A DNA stretch of 54,896 nucleotides from an uncultured Azospirillaceae bacterium (GTDB lineage Bacteria; Pseudomonadota; Alphaproteobacteria; Rickettsiales; UBA3002): assembly GCA_964342335.1 (NCBI GenBank), contig CAYFFN010000001.1, positions 1-54,896 of the forward strand, in the 5' to 3' direction. Positions 9,572 to 19,355 of the stretch are shown piece by piece. A program made the translations under genes and the position numbers. The stretch's first letter is position 1, and every line of letters starts with the position of its first letter. The notes beneath the pieces were generated by a model. It ran no database searches. It was not told where the DNA came from and saw only the letters and a program-made list of their open reading frames with translations.

Positions 9572-11404
9572 CTACCGCCTCCCGAACAGCTTTTCAATAT
9601 CGGCGAGCTTCAGCTCAACATAGGTCGGACGGCCATGGTTACACTGGCCCGAATACGGCGTTTGCTCCATTTGGCGCAGCAAAGCGTTCATCTCATTGAT
9701 ATGCAGCTTACGCCCTGCACGCACACTGCCATGGCACGCCATCGTGCCGCAGACATGCTCCATCTTTTCGCGCAGAGAGAGCGTCTCGCCAAATTCGATA
9801 ATATCATCGACCAAATCACGCACCAATTGCTGCACCTCCATATCGCCCAGCAAGGCGGGGGTTTCGCGCACGACAATCGCGCCTTCGCCAAACGGTTCAA
9901 TCACCATGCCCAGTTCGCGCAATTCTTCCTCGCGCGCGGTGAGCATCGCCGCTTCATCGACGGATAGATTCACGACTTCCGGCACCAAAAGCGGCTGACG
10001 GGCAATACCTGTTTTGGCAATTTGTGCCTTCATTTGCTCATAGACCAAGCGCTCATGCGCGGCGTGTTGATCGACAATTACAATCCCATCCTGCGTTTGC
10101 GCGACGATATAGGTATCATGCAATTGCGCGCAGGCAGCGCCCAGCGGATAGCTGCGCAGCTCCGCGACCTGTTCTTCCTGCGGCGCTTCGCTGCGAGAGG
10201 CGAGTGGCGCGACCGCTGCAAAATCCCCACGCGGCGGCTCATACGCCAATGCCGCGGCTTCTGCCAACTGGTGCGGCGCGATATAAGGACGGCTCGGGCC
10301 TGTTGGATGCTGCACAGGCAAATACGGTTGCGGCTCTGGACGAAAGGCATTCAGCGCCTGCGAAGATACCGTCGTGGAGGCTTTGAACCCTGCCTCACTC
10401 AACGCATGCTTTATCGCGCCGAGCAATAGCCCGCGAATATTCCCCTGCTCACGAAAGCGCACCTCTGCTTTAGCAGGGTGCACATTCACATCCACTTGCT
10501 GCGGCGGCAATTCCAAGAACAGTGCCGCAACAGGGTAACGATCCCGCGCGAGGAAATCCTGATACGCAGCTCGGATGACGCCGAGCAATAATTTGTCGCG
10601 CACAGGGCGATTATTCACGAACAGATATTGCTGGGTGCTATTGCCACGATTATAGGTTGGCACGCCGACATACCCCGTCAGATGTGCCTCTTCGCGCACC
10701 GAATCAATCTTTACCGCGTTGCTAGGGAAGTCACGGTTCATCACTTGCCCCAAACGCTGCAAGCGCGCCTCGTATAAATCCTGCTGCGAGGCAGGGTAAT
10801 CCACCAATTTCCGCTCATCCGAATAGAGCGTAAAATGCACATCAGGATGCGCCATCGCCAGACGGTCGATGATGTCACGGCAATGCCCAACTTCACTGCG
10901 TTCCGATTTTAAAAATTTTAGGCGCGCAGGCGTAGCATAAAACAAATCGTAAATATCAACCGTCGTGCCTTCATTGCCATGCGAGGGTTTGACGGGTTCC
11001 ATCACACCGCCCTCTACCTTGATACTGTAAGCACTGTCCTGCCCTTTGGGGCGCGACGTGATTTGCAATCGGCTTATCGAACCAATCGACGGAAGTGCCT
11101 CCCCCCGAAAGCCGAGAAAATGAATCGCCAACAAATCCGCATCCGGCAGTTTAGACGTCGCGTGTCTTTGCACCGCGAGCTGCAAATCTTCCGGTGCCAT
11201 GCCTTTGCCATTGTCACTCACACTGATGCGGTTTTTGCCCGCTTGCGCAAGGCGTACGGTAACATGCGTTGCCCCTGCATCGAGCGCATTCTCCACCAAT
11301 TCTTTTACCACAGAAGCAGGGCGCTCAATCACTTCCCCCGCGGCAATCTGGTTCACCAGCGTTGTCGGGAGCACACGGATCTGCCCTGCACTCAGCCCGC
11401 TCAT
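9572..11404 (-). CDS. mutL: DNA mismatch repair protein MutL
   Basis: 610 aa. GHKL ATPase motifs AAGEVIERPASVVKELVENALDAGA and GFRGEALPSI; C-terminal VDQHAAHERL and NHGRPT. Confidence 0.95.
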   Translation of the reverse strand: MSGLSAGQIRVLPTTLVNQIAAGEVIERPASVVKELVENALDAGATHVTVRLAQAGKNRISVSDNGKGMAPEDLQLAVQRHATSKLPDADLLAIHFLGFRGEALPSIGSISRLQITSRPKGQDSAYSIKVEGGVMEPVKPSHGNEGTTVDIYDLFYATPARLKFLKSERSEVGHCRDIIDRLAMAHPDVHFTLYSDERKLVDYPASQQDLYEARLQRLGQVMNRDFPSNAVKIDSVREEAHLTGYVGVPTYNRGNSTQQYLFVNNRPVRDKLLLGVIRAAYQDFLARDRYPVAALFLELPPQQVDVNVHPAKAEVRFREQGNIRGLLLGAIKHALSEAGFKASTTVSSQALNAFRPEPQPYLPVQHPTGPSRPYIAPHQLAEAAALAYEPPRGDFAAVAPLASRSEAPQEEQVAELRSYPLGAACAQLHDTYIVAQTQDGIVIVDQHAAHERLVYEQMKAQIAKTGIARQPLLVPEVVNLSVDEAAMLTAREEELRELGMVIEPFGEGAIVVRETPALLGDMEVQQLVRDLVDDIIEFGETLSLREKMEHVCGTMACHGSVRAGRKLHINEMNALLRQMEQTPYSGQCNHGRPTYVELKLADIEKLFGRR

Positions 11405-12642
11405 GCCACCTCCGCTTTGGGATTTTTCAGATGCGCACGGGTGCGGGCTTTTCCGTCTTCCACGGCAGGTTGGTCATAGGCATTGATACCAAGCAGCTTC
11501 GCTGTCAGCACCGTCTCTAACATAAAATGCATCGCGAGTGCGCCAAGCGCGGCGGCGTCCAATTTCGGAATATCTACCACACGCAATAATTTCTCGTGAT
11601 GGCGCAAGCTTTCAATCGTGCCCGCTTGGGATGCTTGCATCACATCGCCCACATAATGGCCGTTAAGCATATCCCATGGCTGACCTTCGAGCGGCGCATT
11701 AATGCGCGGCCCATCGCCTGCATTATCGACGCAAATGAGGGTGAAAAACTTGTCGGCTGGCCCTTCGAGGTAAAGCTGCAACTGGCTATGCTGATCCACC
11801 GTGCCCAGCGCACGCACCGGTGTGGAGCCATGGCCTTCCTTGCCCAAGCTCTCCGCCCAGAGCTGCTTGAACCAACTGGCGAGCGTCTCCAGCCGATCGC
11901 AATAAGGCATGATGATTTGCATCGGATAGTTCTTCATCAGCACCGCTTGCAACGCCGCCCCTTTGAGCGCGGCATGCGTGGTGGGTGCGTTTGCCAACTC
12001 CGCATAATAGTCCGTTGCGCCTTTGAGCAAGGCAGCGCAATCCAACCCCGCCCAGAGTGCAGGCAATAGCGCAACATTCGAGAACAGACTAAACCGCCCC
12101 CCCAAATCCGGATGCGGCATGCAAGGCACGCCATAATGCGCCGCCAAGTCGTGCAGCGGGTTTTGTTTGTCTGATGTGATGATGGTTGCGGCTTCGCTTG
12201 CACGCGCTTCGCCCAACGCATCCAGCACGACCACGGCTTGGGTAATCGTCTCCAACGTGCCACCGGACTTACTGATAATCAGCCAATGCACATCGTCGCG
12301 CTTCGCCGCCTCTACGCAATGGTTCAGCGTTGCAGGATCAATATTCGCAATAAACTCGACATCGGCCTGCCCCTGCATAAACGCCACGAGCGCCTGGCCG
12401 CCAAGGCTGGAACCGCCTGTGCCCAGCACCATCAGCTTGCTCGCTTTTTGCTTGGTGCTCGCCACCCAATGATTCAGCTCCGTGAGCCCTTTCGCCGCGT
12501 CCGTATCGAACAATGGGTAAGGCATTTGGTTAGAGGTAAAGTCTTCTGCCACCTGTTCTATCAGGCGCGCCTCATGCGCAGCAATGCTCGCTGTGTCTAG
12601 TAACCCATCAATATAATTGGTGATGCAAAAGGCGTTACTCAT
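11401..12642 (-). CDS. pgi: Glucose-6-phosphate isomerase (short ~410-aa form)
   Basis: SIS/PGI motifs LGTGGSSLGGQAL, IISKSGGTLET, GGRFSLFSNV, GTVDQHSQLQLYLEGP and AYDQPAVEDGK. Confidence 0.85.
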   Translation of the reverse strand: MSNAFCITNYIDGLLDTASIAAHEARLIEQVAEDFTSNQMPYPLFDTDAAKGLTELNHWVASTKQKASKLMVLGTGGSSLGGQALVAFMQGQADVEFIANIDPATLNHCVEAAKRDDVHWLIISKSGGTLETITQAVVVLDALGEARASEAATIITSDKQNPLHDLAAHYGVPCMPHPDLGGRFSLFSNVALLPALWAGLDCAALLKGATDYYAELANAPTTHAALKGAALQAVLMKNYPMQIIMPYCDRLETLASWFKQLWAESLGKEGHGSTPVRALGTVDQHSQLQLYLEGPADKFFTLICVDNAGDGPRINAPLEGQPWDMLNGHYVGDVMQASQAGTIESLRHHEKLLRVVDIPKLDAAALGALAMHFMLETVLTAKLLGINAYDQPAVEDGKARTRAHLKNPKAEVA

Positions 12643-13954
12643 CGGCGGCCTCCTGTTTGCCCGCCCACAGAATCACGCGCTTACTCGGATCAAGCAGACG
12701 CTTTGCGACTTGATTCACTTCTTCCAAGGTCACGGCTTCAAAATAGCTGTTACGCTTTTGCAGATACTCCGCACCCAAGCGGTAATATTGCATCGATTGC
12801 AAATAGGCCGCCAGCTTATCACTGCTATCCAACGAGAGCGGGAATGCGCCCATCACATAAGCCCTCGCCTCATCCAATTGCGCTTGAGTCACACCGTTTT
12901 GATAGAGCGTATCGAGGCTCTCATTCAACGCTTGCAACGCCTCAGCTGTTGTCTCATGCGCAGTCGCAAAACTCGTGCGCAGTGACGCGGCCTCACGGTC
13001 AATATCCAGCCAGCTAAACACGCCATAGGTCAAGCCACGCTTTTGACGCAGCTCTTCAGCAAGGTAAGAAGTAAGGCCACTTCCCCCCATCACATGCGCG
13101 AGCAAATAGGCTGCATAAAAATCCTCCGCGCGGCGCTCCACACCTGGCATCACCACCATAATTTGCGATTGCGGCGTATCGAATGCTACCGGAACAGTCT
13201 GCGCTGCTAATGGCGGCATCGCCTCCGTGGAGGCATTGTCAAAACTCGGCTTCTTAGGCAGATCTGCAAGATTATGTTCTACCGCATCTTCTAGCTGCGC
13301 GCTGCGCACCATGCCCGCGACCGAGATTTGCAGATTCTGCTTCGCTAAATGCGTAGAGAGAAACTGCTGCACATCCGTCAATTGCAGCTGCTCTAGGCTC
13401 TGCTCCGTCCCAAGCGACTGGTTGCTATAGGGGTGGTTTCCATAAATCGTCTCACCCATCGCGCGGCCAAGGAAAAATCCAGGGCGTTGCTTCGCAAGGT
13501 TGAGCGCCACTTTTTGCTGGGCAAGCACACGGTCAAAGGCGGCTTGCGAAAGTTGAGGCTGGCTGAGCATCATACGTATAGCGCGAAAGGCTTCCGCCGT
13601 TTTATTCGACAGCGCCGACACACTCACCACCAACGCATCACGCCCCACATCCACCGAGAGACGTAATGCATTACGGTTAAGATAGGATTGGAACGCCGCC
13701 GCATCCATGCCGCCCGCCCCTTCTTTGAGCAGGCTCGCCGCCAATTGGGCGCGGCCTTGCTTGTCTTTAGGGTCACTGGCAAAGCCCGCACCCTCAAAGC
13801 GCAGCGACATGCTGATGACCGGCACGGCATCGTCTTGAATCAACCAAACGCCAATCGCATCGTCGATGAGCATTTTCTGCGCGGCAGGCACCGCCCAAGC
13901 ACTCGCAGGGGCGCATAGCACTAGCAGCGCGAGAACTCTCAAGAAGCGCCTCAT
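12635..13954 (-). CDS. M16 (pitrilysin) family peptidase-like protein, probably the non-catalytic partner (no HxxEH seen)
   Basis: 439 aa with a signal-peptide-like N terminus (LLVLCAPASAWA). Overall M16 layout, but I see no HxxEH zinc motif. It overlaps the upstream M16 gene by 4 nt. Confidence 0.7.
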   Translation of the reverse strand: MRRFLRVLALLVLCAPASAWAVPAAQKMLIDDAIGVWLIQDDAVPVISMSLRFEGAGFASDPKDKQGRAQLAASLLKEGAGGMDAAAFQSYLNRNALRLSVDVGRDALVVSVSALSNKTAEAFRAIRMMLSQPQLSQAAFDRVLAQQKVALNLAKQRPGFFLGRAMGETIYGNHPYSNQSLGTEQSLEQLQLTDVQQFLSTHLAKQNLQISVAGMVRSAQLEDAVEHNLADLPKKPSFDNASTEAMPPLAAQTVPVAFDTPQSQIMVVMPGVERRAEDFYAAYLLAHVMGGSGLTSYLAEELRQKRGLTYGVFSWLDIDREAASLRTSFATAHETTAEALQALNESLDTLYQNGVTQAQLDEARAYVMGAFPLSLDSSDKLAAYLQSMQYYRLGAEYLQKRNSYFEAVTLEEVNQVAKRLLDPSKRVILWAGKQEAADE

Positions 13955-15384
13955 AGCCCCGCCTCCTCTTCTACTGCTTCACGCACGCTTTCCTCTGGTG
14001 CTGGCTGCACTGGAGGGGCTGGCTGCGCCTCTGGAAGCAACACGGCCGTGACACTTCCTTTCGTCTCCAACAATTCGGCCAAGGCAGACTTCACCGATTG
14101 CGCGCTCACCTTGTTCACATAGCGCGACCAATTATGGATATAATCATCGCTCAGCCCATACATGCGCATATAGCCCATGAGCTGGCCAATCCCCGGCAAG
14201 CTATCGCGCGCGAAAATTTCTTCTGCCACTTGCTGCGTCTTGTAAGGCGCAAGATTTTCATCGGTCAGAAATGTATCGGTTAATTTGAGCAATGCTTGAT
14301 CAATCGCGTTCTCCAGCTCTGAGACCGAAACACCCTCCGCAGGAATCGCACTGATAGAGAACGTGCCCGGTCCGCGACTAAAGCCGCTGTAAGAGACTCC
14401 GATATGACTCGCCATTTTTTGCTTCACCACTAACTCGCGATGCAGGTAACTGCTGCGGTCTGAGCCCAGCCATTCGGCCAGCAAGATGCGCGCAAAGATT
14501 GGATCGCTCTCTTCTATTTTCCCAAGCTTCGGCTGCTGCCACATACGCATCCAGCGCGCCTGACGCACTTGCGCATGCTGCATTTCAAAACGTGTTTCTC
14601 CTTCAAGTGGCGGCTCTGCCATTTCCACTATTGGAGTGCGCTTGCCCGTCAAATCCCCGTAATAATGCCGCGCGAGGGAGAACGCCTCCTCCGGCACGAC
14701 ATCACCTGCAATCACCACCACCATATTATCCGGCGTGTAATGGTTGCGCATGAAATCCATCGCCTTTTTCGCCGTGAGCTGCTCCATCTCGTGGCGCCAG
14801 CCGATAATCGTACGACCGTAGGGATGATGCACAAATAACTTTGCGGCGACGCGCTCAGCAAACAATGCTTCTGGCTGTGTATCTACGCGTGATTGGCGCT
14901 CTTCCAAAATCACGCTTAGCTCTTTCTCAAACGCCGTATCGCTCGGCTGCAGGCGCTGCATGCGATCCGCTTCCAACTCCATCACGGTCGCGAGATGCTC
15001 TTTCGCAATATTCACATAATAGCCCGTAAAGTCATGGCCCGTGAAGGCGTTATGGTTCCCACCCAGCGCGACGATACGCTTGGAATATTCGCCTTCTGGT
15101 ACATTCAGTGTGCCCTTAAACATCAGATGCTCAATGTAATGCGCCACACCACCCGCGCCGAGCGGCTCGTCAATCGCGCCGGAGCGAATCCAGAGTGTAT
15201 GGCTCACTGCAGGCACACGGTCATTCGGCACCACCACCACTTCCATTCCGTTGTTTATCGTCTGGGTGAATATCTGGATTTTGTTTGGCGCTATCGCCTC
15301 TTCGTCTTGCTGTGTTTCAGGCCACAGCGCCCACGCCGCAATCGCAGCGGTGAGGAGAAAAGCAAGAACAACTACTATGCGCAT
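13951..15384 (-). CDS. M16 family zinc peptidase (catalytic subunit)
   Basis: 477 aa. Inverted zinc motif HYIEH in GVAHYIEHLMFKGT and a downstream EE in ILEERQ. N-terminal membrane/signal segment. Confidence 0.85.
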   Translation of the reverse strand: MRIVVVLAFLLTAAIAAWALWPETQQDEEAIAPNKIQIFTQTINNGMEVVVVPNDRVPAVSHTLWIRSGAIDEPLGAGGVAHYIEHLMFKGTLNVPEGEYSKRIVALGGNHNAFTGHDFTGYYVNIAKEHLATVMELEADRMQRLQPSDTAFEKELSVILEERQSRVDTQPEALFAERVAAKLFVHHPYGRTIIGWRHEMEQLTAKKAMDFMRNHYTPDNMVVVIAGDVVPEEAFSLARHYYGDLTGKRTPIVEMAEPPLEGETRFEMQHAQVRQARWMRMWQQPKLGKIEESDPIFARILLAEWLGSDRSSYLHRELVVKQKMASHIGVSYSGFSRGPGTFSISAIPAEGVSVSELENAIDQALLKLTDTFLTDENLAPYKTQQVAEEIFARDSLPGIGQLMGYMRMYGLSDDYIHNWSRYVNKVSAQSVKSALAELLETKGSVTAVLLPEAQPAPPVQPAPEESVREAVEEEAGL

Positions 15385-15992
15385 CAGAAAATCTTATCTA
15401 ACGTCGTTTCTTCGTCTTCAATAATTGGGACTTCGCCTTCATTGATTGGCTTACCCTCATCGATATTGGTGCGCAGGCGCTCCGCTTCGGCAAACGGGTC
15501 GACCATCTTTTGGTCGGCGCGCACGCCGATCAGGCGGTCAATCAGCGTTGCGTCAGGGTCATCATCGAGTTTGCGCGCCAGCTCTTTTTGATCGGCTGCG
15601 AGCTTGCTGCGAATCTCCGCATCGGGATTCTTTGCGCCTAACCTTTCAAGGAACAGGCTTTCGCCACTGCTGCGCACACTCTCGGAGTGCACCGGAACCA
15701 CTGCGGTTTCTCCTTCCGGCTCATAAAGCTGCACTTCTTCAGACCCCGTATCTTCCGGCTCCTCTTTGAGGAACAAGCGGCTCGCCTTGGTTTCTGTATC
15801 TACCTCCGCACGCGGCGCAGCACCGGGCTCGGGTGCGCGCAGGGTAAAGTCTGGCGGCACGCTCAAAGGAGGGCGTGAAACCACTTTAAATTCATCGGGG
15901 GCAGCACGGGTTAGACCCAGCGTATCGCGCACCTCTCCCGAGGCACATCCCGCCAGCGCCAAAGCCGCTGCACATAAAAGCATTTTTCTCAT
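15384..15992 (-). CDS. Lipoprotein, DUF3035-like (family assignment tentative)
   Basis: Lipobox LALAGC at the N terminus, then a low-complexity acidic/proline-rich body. Position between lspA and the M16 pair is as I recall for alphaproteobacterial DUF3035 lipoproteins. Confidence 0.5.
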   Translation of the reverse strand: MRKMLLCAAALALAGCASGEVRDTLGLTRAAPDEFKVVSRPPLSVPPDFTLRAPEPGAAPRAEVDTETKASRLFLKEEPEDTGSEEVQLYEPEGETAVVPVHSESVRSSGESLFLERLGAKNPDAEIRSKLAADQKELARKLDDDPDATLIDRLIGVRADQKMVDPFAEAERLRTNIDEGKPINEGEVPIIEDEETTLDKIF

Positions 15993-16007
15993 GAGGGAAA
16001 TATAGCG

Positions 16008-16505
16008 TCAGTCCGCATCTTTGCAAGGCTTTCGCCCGTTTCTTACACTCACAAAAAACAAGGCGCCTACGCCAAGGAAAATCGCTGCATCCGCGATGTT
16101 GAACGCGGGATAGTGATAGCCAGAGAAGTGAAAATCGAAAAAGTCCGCCACCGCGCCGAAACGCACGCGATCTACTACATTGCCAAGCGCACCGCCGATA
16201 ATCATCCCAATGGCCGCTGCTTCCAAATGCAACTCGGTTTTATGCAGCCACACAAGCAGGGCAATGCAAATACACAGCGCCAGCCCAATCAGGAAATAGG
16301 CGTTATTCGGGTCCGTATCGGAGAAAAGCCCAAAACTCACCCCATGATTCCACACCATCACAAGGTTAAAGAAGGACGTTACCTCAATGGGCGGGCGGGC
16401 AGCAATTTGCACCCATTCCAGCATCGCAAATTTATGAAACTGGTCTAGCAGCAGCGCCAGCACGCCCAGCCCATAGCCCAAATAGAGTGTTTTGCTTAGG
16501 CGCAT
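16008..16505 (-). CDS. lspA: Lipoprotein signal peptidase (signal peptidase II)
   Basis: Four hydrophobic segments; motifs VWNHGVSFGLF and FNIADAAIFLG. ATG at 16505 is preferred over the TTG at 16532 given in the track. Confidence 0.85.
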   Translation of the reverse strand: MRLSKTLYLGYGLGVLALLLDQFHKFAMLEWVQIAARPPIEVTSFFNLVMVWNHGVSFGLFSDTDPNNAYFLIGLALCICIALLVWLHKTELHLEAAAIGMIIGGALGNVVDRVRFGAVADFFDFHFSGYHYPAFNIADAAIFLGVGALFFVSVRNGRKPCKDAD

Positions 16506-17440
16506 CCGAGTATCTCCTTGGCATGGCTGCAATCTTTGGCAATTTGCGCTTTTAAGGCATCTAATGAGTCAAAGCGCTGCTCATTTCGTAATTTGCTCAT
16601 AAGCGCCACCTCTAAGCGTTGGCCATACAGGTCGCCTTTGAAATCAAACAAATGCACCTCTAACCATTCGCGCATACCGTCCATCGTCGGGCGCACGCCC
16701 CAATTGGCCACGCCGTTTTGTAGCTTGCCATCGGGCAGGCTCACCCGCACGGCATACACACCATAGGCCGGCTTAAGCAATGTCGGCAGGCTAATATTCG
16801 CGGTAGGAAAACCCATCTCTCGACCGCGCGCATCCCCGTGCTTCACGCGCCCTATCACACTGTAAGGTCGGCCCAGCAAACGTGCAGCCGCTTCCATATT
16901 CCCTTCTTCAATCGCCCCGCGAATCGCGGTAGAGGAATAAATCTCCTCATCCAGCTTTTGCGCTTCAACGGCCTCATAGCTAAACGCATCTGTTTGCTCG
17001 GCGAAACCCTGCAAGTTGGCACAATTCCCGCTGCGGCCTTTGCCAAAGCAAAAATCATAACCTGTGATAACGGTCTTCGCCTCTAGCCCGTCCTGCAAAA
17101 TCTGCTGCATAAAATCCTGCGCGGATAAATCGGCCATCTGGGCATTGAAGGGCAATAGATACACGATTTCCACGCCCAGCATTTCCAACAAACGCAGCTT
17201 ATGATGCAGCGGGTAAATGCGGCGAATGGGCAAATCCGGTTTAAAAAAGCGACGCGGGTGCGGCTCGAACGTCATGACGGCCTTCGGCACCCCCATACGC
17301 TCTGCCTGCTCCATCATGCGGCGTAATACGGCGTGATGGCCTTTATGCAGACCGTCGAAATTCCCGATTGCGATTGCCGCGCCTTTATGTGCGGGCGCCA
17401 GCCCTTGGATGTTACGAACGATCCGCATCCGCTTCATCAT
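16496..17440 (-). CDS. ribF: Bifunctional riboflavin kinase / FMN adenylyltransferase
   Basis: AIGNFDGLHKGHH and MTFEPHPRRFF, with a C-terminal riboflavin kinase region (GFPTANI, LEVHLFDF). The start is ambiguous (ATGs at 17440, 17437 and 17428); the track's 17485 start looks too long. Confidence 0.9.
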   Translation of the reverse strand: MMKRMRIVRNIQGLAPAHKGAAIAIGNFDGLHKGHHAVLRRMMEQAERMGVPKAVMTFEPHPRRFFKPDLPIRRIYPLHHKLRLLEMLGVEIVYLLPFNAQMADLSAQDFMQQILQDGLEAKTVITGYDFCFGKGRSGNCANLQGFAEQTDAFSYEAVEAQKLDEEIYSSTAIRGAIEEGNMEAAARLLGRPYSVIGRVKHGDARGREMGFPTANISLPTLLKPAYGVYAVRVSLPDGKLQNGVANWGVRPTMDGMREWLEVHLFDFKGDLYGQRLEVALMSKLRNEQRFDSLDALKAQIAKDCSHAKEILGCA

Positions 17441-18353
17441 CCTCGCGGCGGATTTGGAAATAGAGCAGCACCGGTGCTGCCACAAAAATAGAGGAATAGG
17501 TTCCCACCGCTACGCCAAACACCAGCGCCGCAGAGAAGCCACGAATCACCTCGCCGCCCAGCCATGTCAGCGCGCCTGCCGCAAGCAAGGTCGTCAGCGC
17601 CGTAATCACCGTGCGCGAAAGCGTGTTATTGATACTCAAGTCGAGAATCTCTTCCATCGGCTTCTTTTTATACTTACGCATATTCTCGCGGATACGGTCA
17701 TAAATCACCACCGAGTCATTGATGGAATAACCGATCACCGTCAACATCGCCGCAATCGAGGTGAGGCCAAAGTCAAATCCGCTCACCGCATAAAAACCGA
17801 GAATCAGGAAGGCATCATGCACCAGCGCGACAACTGCGCCCATGCCAAACTGCCATTCGAATCGGAACCACACATAGAGCAGAATGCCCCCCAGCGCGAT
17901 GAGCAGCGCCATCGTGCCGGATTCAATCAGCTCTTGGCCCACCGTCGGCCCTACATAATCTACCTTACGGTATTCCAACTTTGGAAAGGCTTCATCCAGC
18001 AACGCGCGCACTTTTATCACTTGCTCGGCCTGCTCGACCTCGTCCGAAAGCTCCACGCGAATCAGCACTTCGCGGTCATCACCAAAGGTTTGCAGTGAGA
18101 CTTCACCCAGCTCTGGCACCGCCAATGCGGAGCGGAAGGCCGCCAAGTCCGCCGTTTCTTCGGTGCGCACTTCCATGAGGATACCGCCGGCAAAATCAAT
18201 CCCCAGATTAAGGCCACGCGTGCTCAGCACGAAGATGGTACCCAAAATCGCCAGCACCGAGAGCGCAAAGCCAAACCAGCGCAGTTTGATAAAACGGTAT
18301 TTGGTTTCCGCAGGAATAAACGTAAATCCACGCATAAATCTCTTAAACTCCAT
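17412..18353 (-). CDS. secF: Protein translocase subunit SecF
   Basis: 313 aa. GIDFAGG, six TM segments, and IGYSINDSVVIYDRIREN typical of SecF. No secD is adjacent. Confidence 0.9.
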   Translation of the reverse strand: MEFKRFMRGFTFIPAETKYRFIKLRWFGFALSVLAILGTIFVLSTRGLNLGIDFAGGILMEVRTEETADLAAFRSALAVPELGEVSLQTFGDDREVLIRVELSDEVEQAEQVIKVRALLDEAFPKLEYRKVDYVGPTVGQELIESGTMALLIALGGILLYVWFRFEWQFGMGAVVALVHDAFLILGFYAVSGFDFGLTSIAAMLTVIGYSINDSVVIYDRIRENMRKYKKKPMEEILDLSINNTLSRTVITALTTLLAAGALTWLGGEVIRGFSAALVFGVAVGTYSSIFVAAPVLLYFQIRREDDEADADRS

Positions 18354-19290
18354 AATATTGGTAGAGCGTATAGGCTATATAGCTCGCAAAGAAAAGGGCT
18401 CCTTCGCCCCGAGAGATGCGTTGGCCGCTTAGCATCACCGGAATCAGCAGCACACTCGCAATCAGCATCACCCATATATCCACCTGCAATAACACAGGAT
18501 TTACGGCAATCGGGTGGATAGTAGAGGTCACACCAATCACCGCTAGAATATTGAAAATATTACTGCCAATCACATTGCCCAGCGCAATATCCGAGTGCTT
18601 ACGGTACGCGGCCACCACGCACGTCATCAGCTCCGGAGCGCTGGTGCCAATCGCTACGATGGTCAGACCAATGACCGCTTCCGAGACGCCAAGAATACGT
18701 GCAAAGCCACTTGCACCCTCCACCAAGAACTGCGCACCAAATACCAGCAGCGCAATGCCGCCCACCACAAACACAATCGCTTTAACGAGCGGCGCTTCAT
18801 AGGCGGTTTCTTCTTCTAGCTCTTCGGCAATGTCGCTATCCGCGCCACTTTTTACCTTCTGGCGCAGATGGAGCACATAACACAGCATCAGCACCAGCAG
18901 GGTTATCCCCTCCACTTGCCCAATCGCCTCACTCGTCATCATCGCGAACAATAAAACGGCGAGCAACACCATAATCATGCCATCGCTTTTGGCCGTTTTC
19001 GCATCTGCCGTAATCGGATAGACCAGCGCGGTCAGCCCGAGCACCAACAGGATATTTGCAATGTTACTCCCCACCACATTGCCAAGGGCAATATCCGGTG
19101 AGCCTCCCATGGTCGCAAAAATGCTCACCACCAGCTCTGGCGCAGAGGTGCCAAGCGAAACAATCGTTAGCCCGACGATCAGAATCGGAATGCCAAGGCG
19201 CTTGGCCAGCACCACCGCGCCCTTGACCAAAAGCTCGCCGCCAAAGACCAACAGCATGAGTCCACCAATAATCTGTGCGGCAATAAGCAT
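18343..19290 (-). CDS. Calcium/sodium:cation antiporter, CaCA family (YrbG-like)
   Basis: Two alpha-repeat motifs, GTSAPELVVS...GNVVGSNIANILLVLG and GTSAPELMTC...GNVIGSNIFNILAVIG. Confidence 0.8.
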   Translation of the reverse strand: MLIAAQIIGGLMLLVFGGELLVKGAVVLAKRLGIPILIVGLTIVSLGTSAPELVVSIFATMGGSPDIALGNVVGSNIANILLVLGLTALVYPITADAKTAKSDGMIMVLLAVLLFAMMTSEAIGQVEGITLLVLMLCYVLHLRQKVKSGADSDIAEELEEETAYEAPLVKAIVFVVGGIALLVFGAQFLVEGASGFARILGVSEAVIGLTIVAIGTSAPELMTCVVAAYRKHSDIALGNVIGSNIFNILAVIGVTSTIHPIAVNPVLLQVDIWVMLIASVLLIPVMLSGQRISRGEGALFFASYIAYTLYQYYGV

Positions 19291-19355
19291 CGTTTCTTGC
19301 TAAATCCTCGGTTTTTCGTTCTAAAACACTCAATAAACTGAGGGGAAAATAGGGT

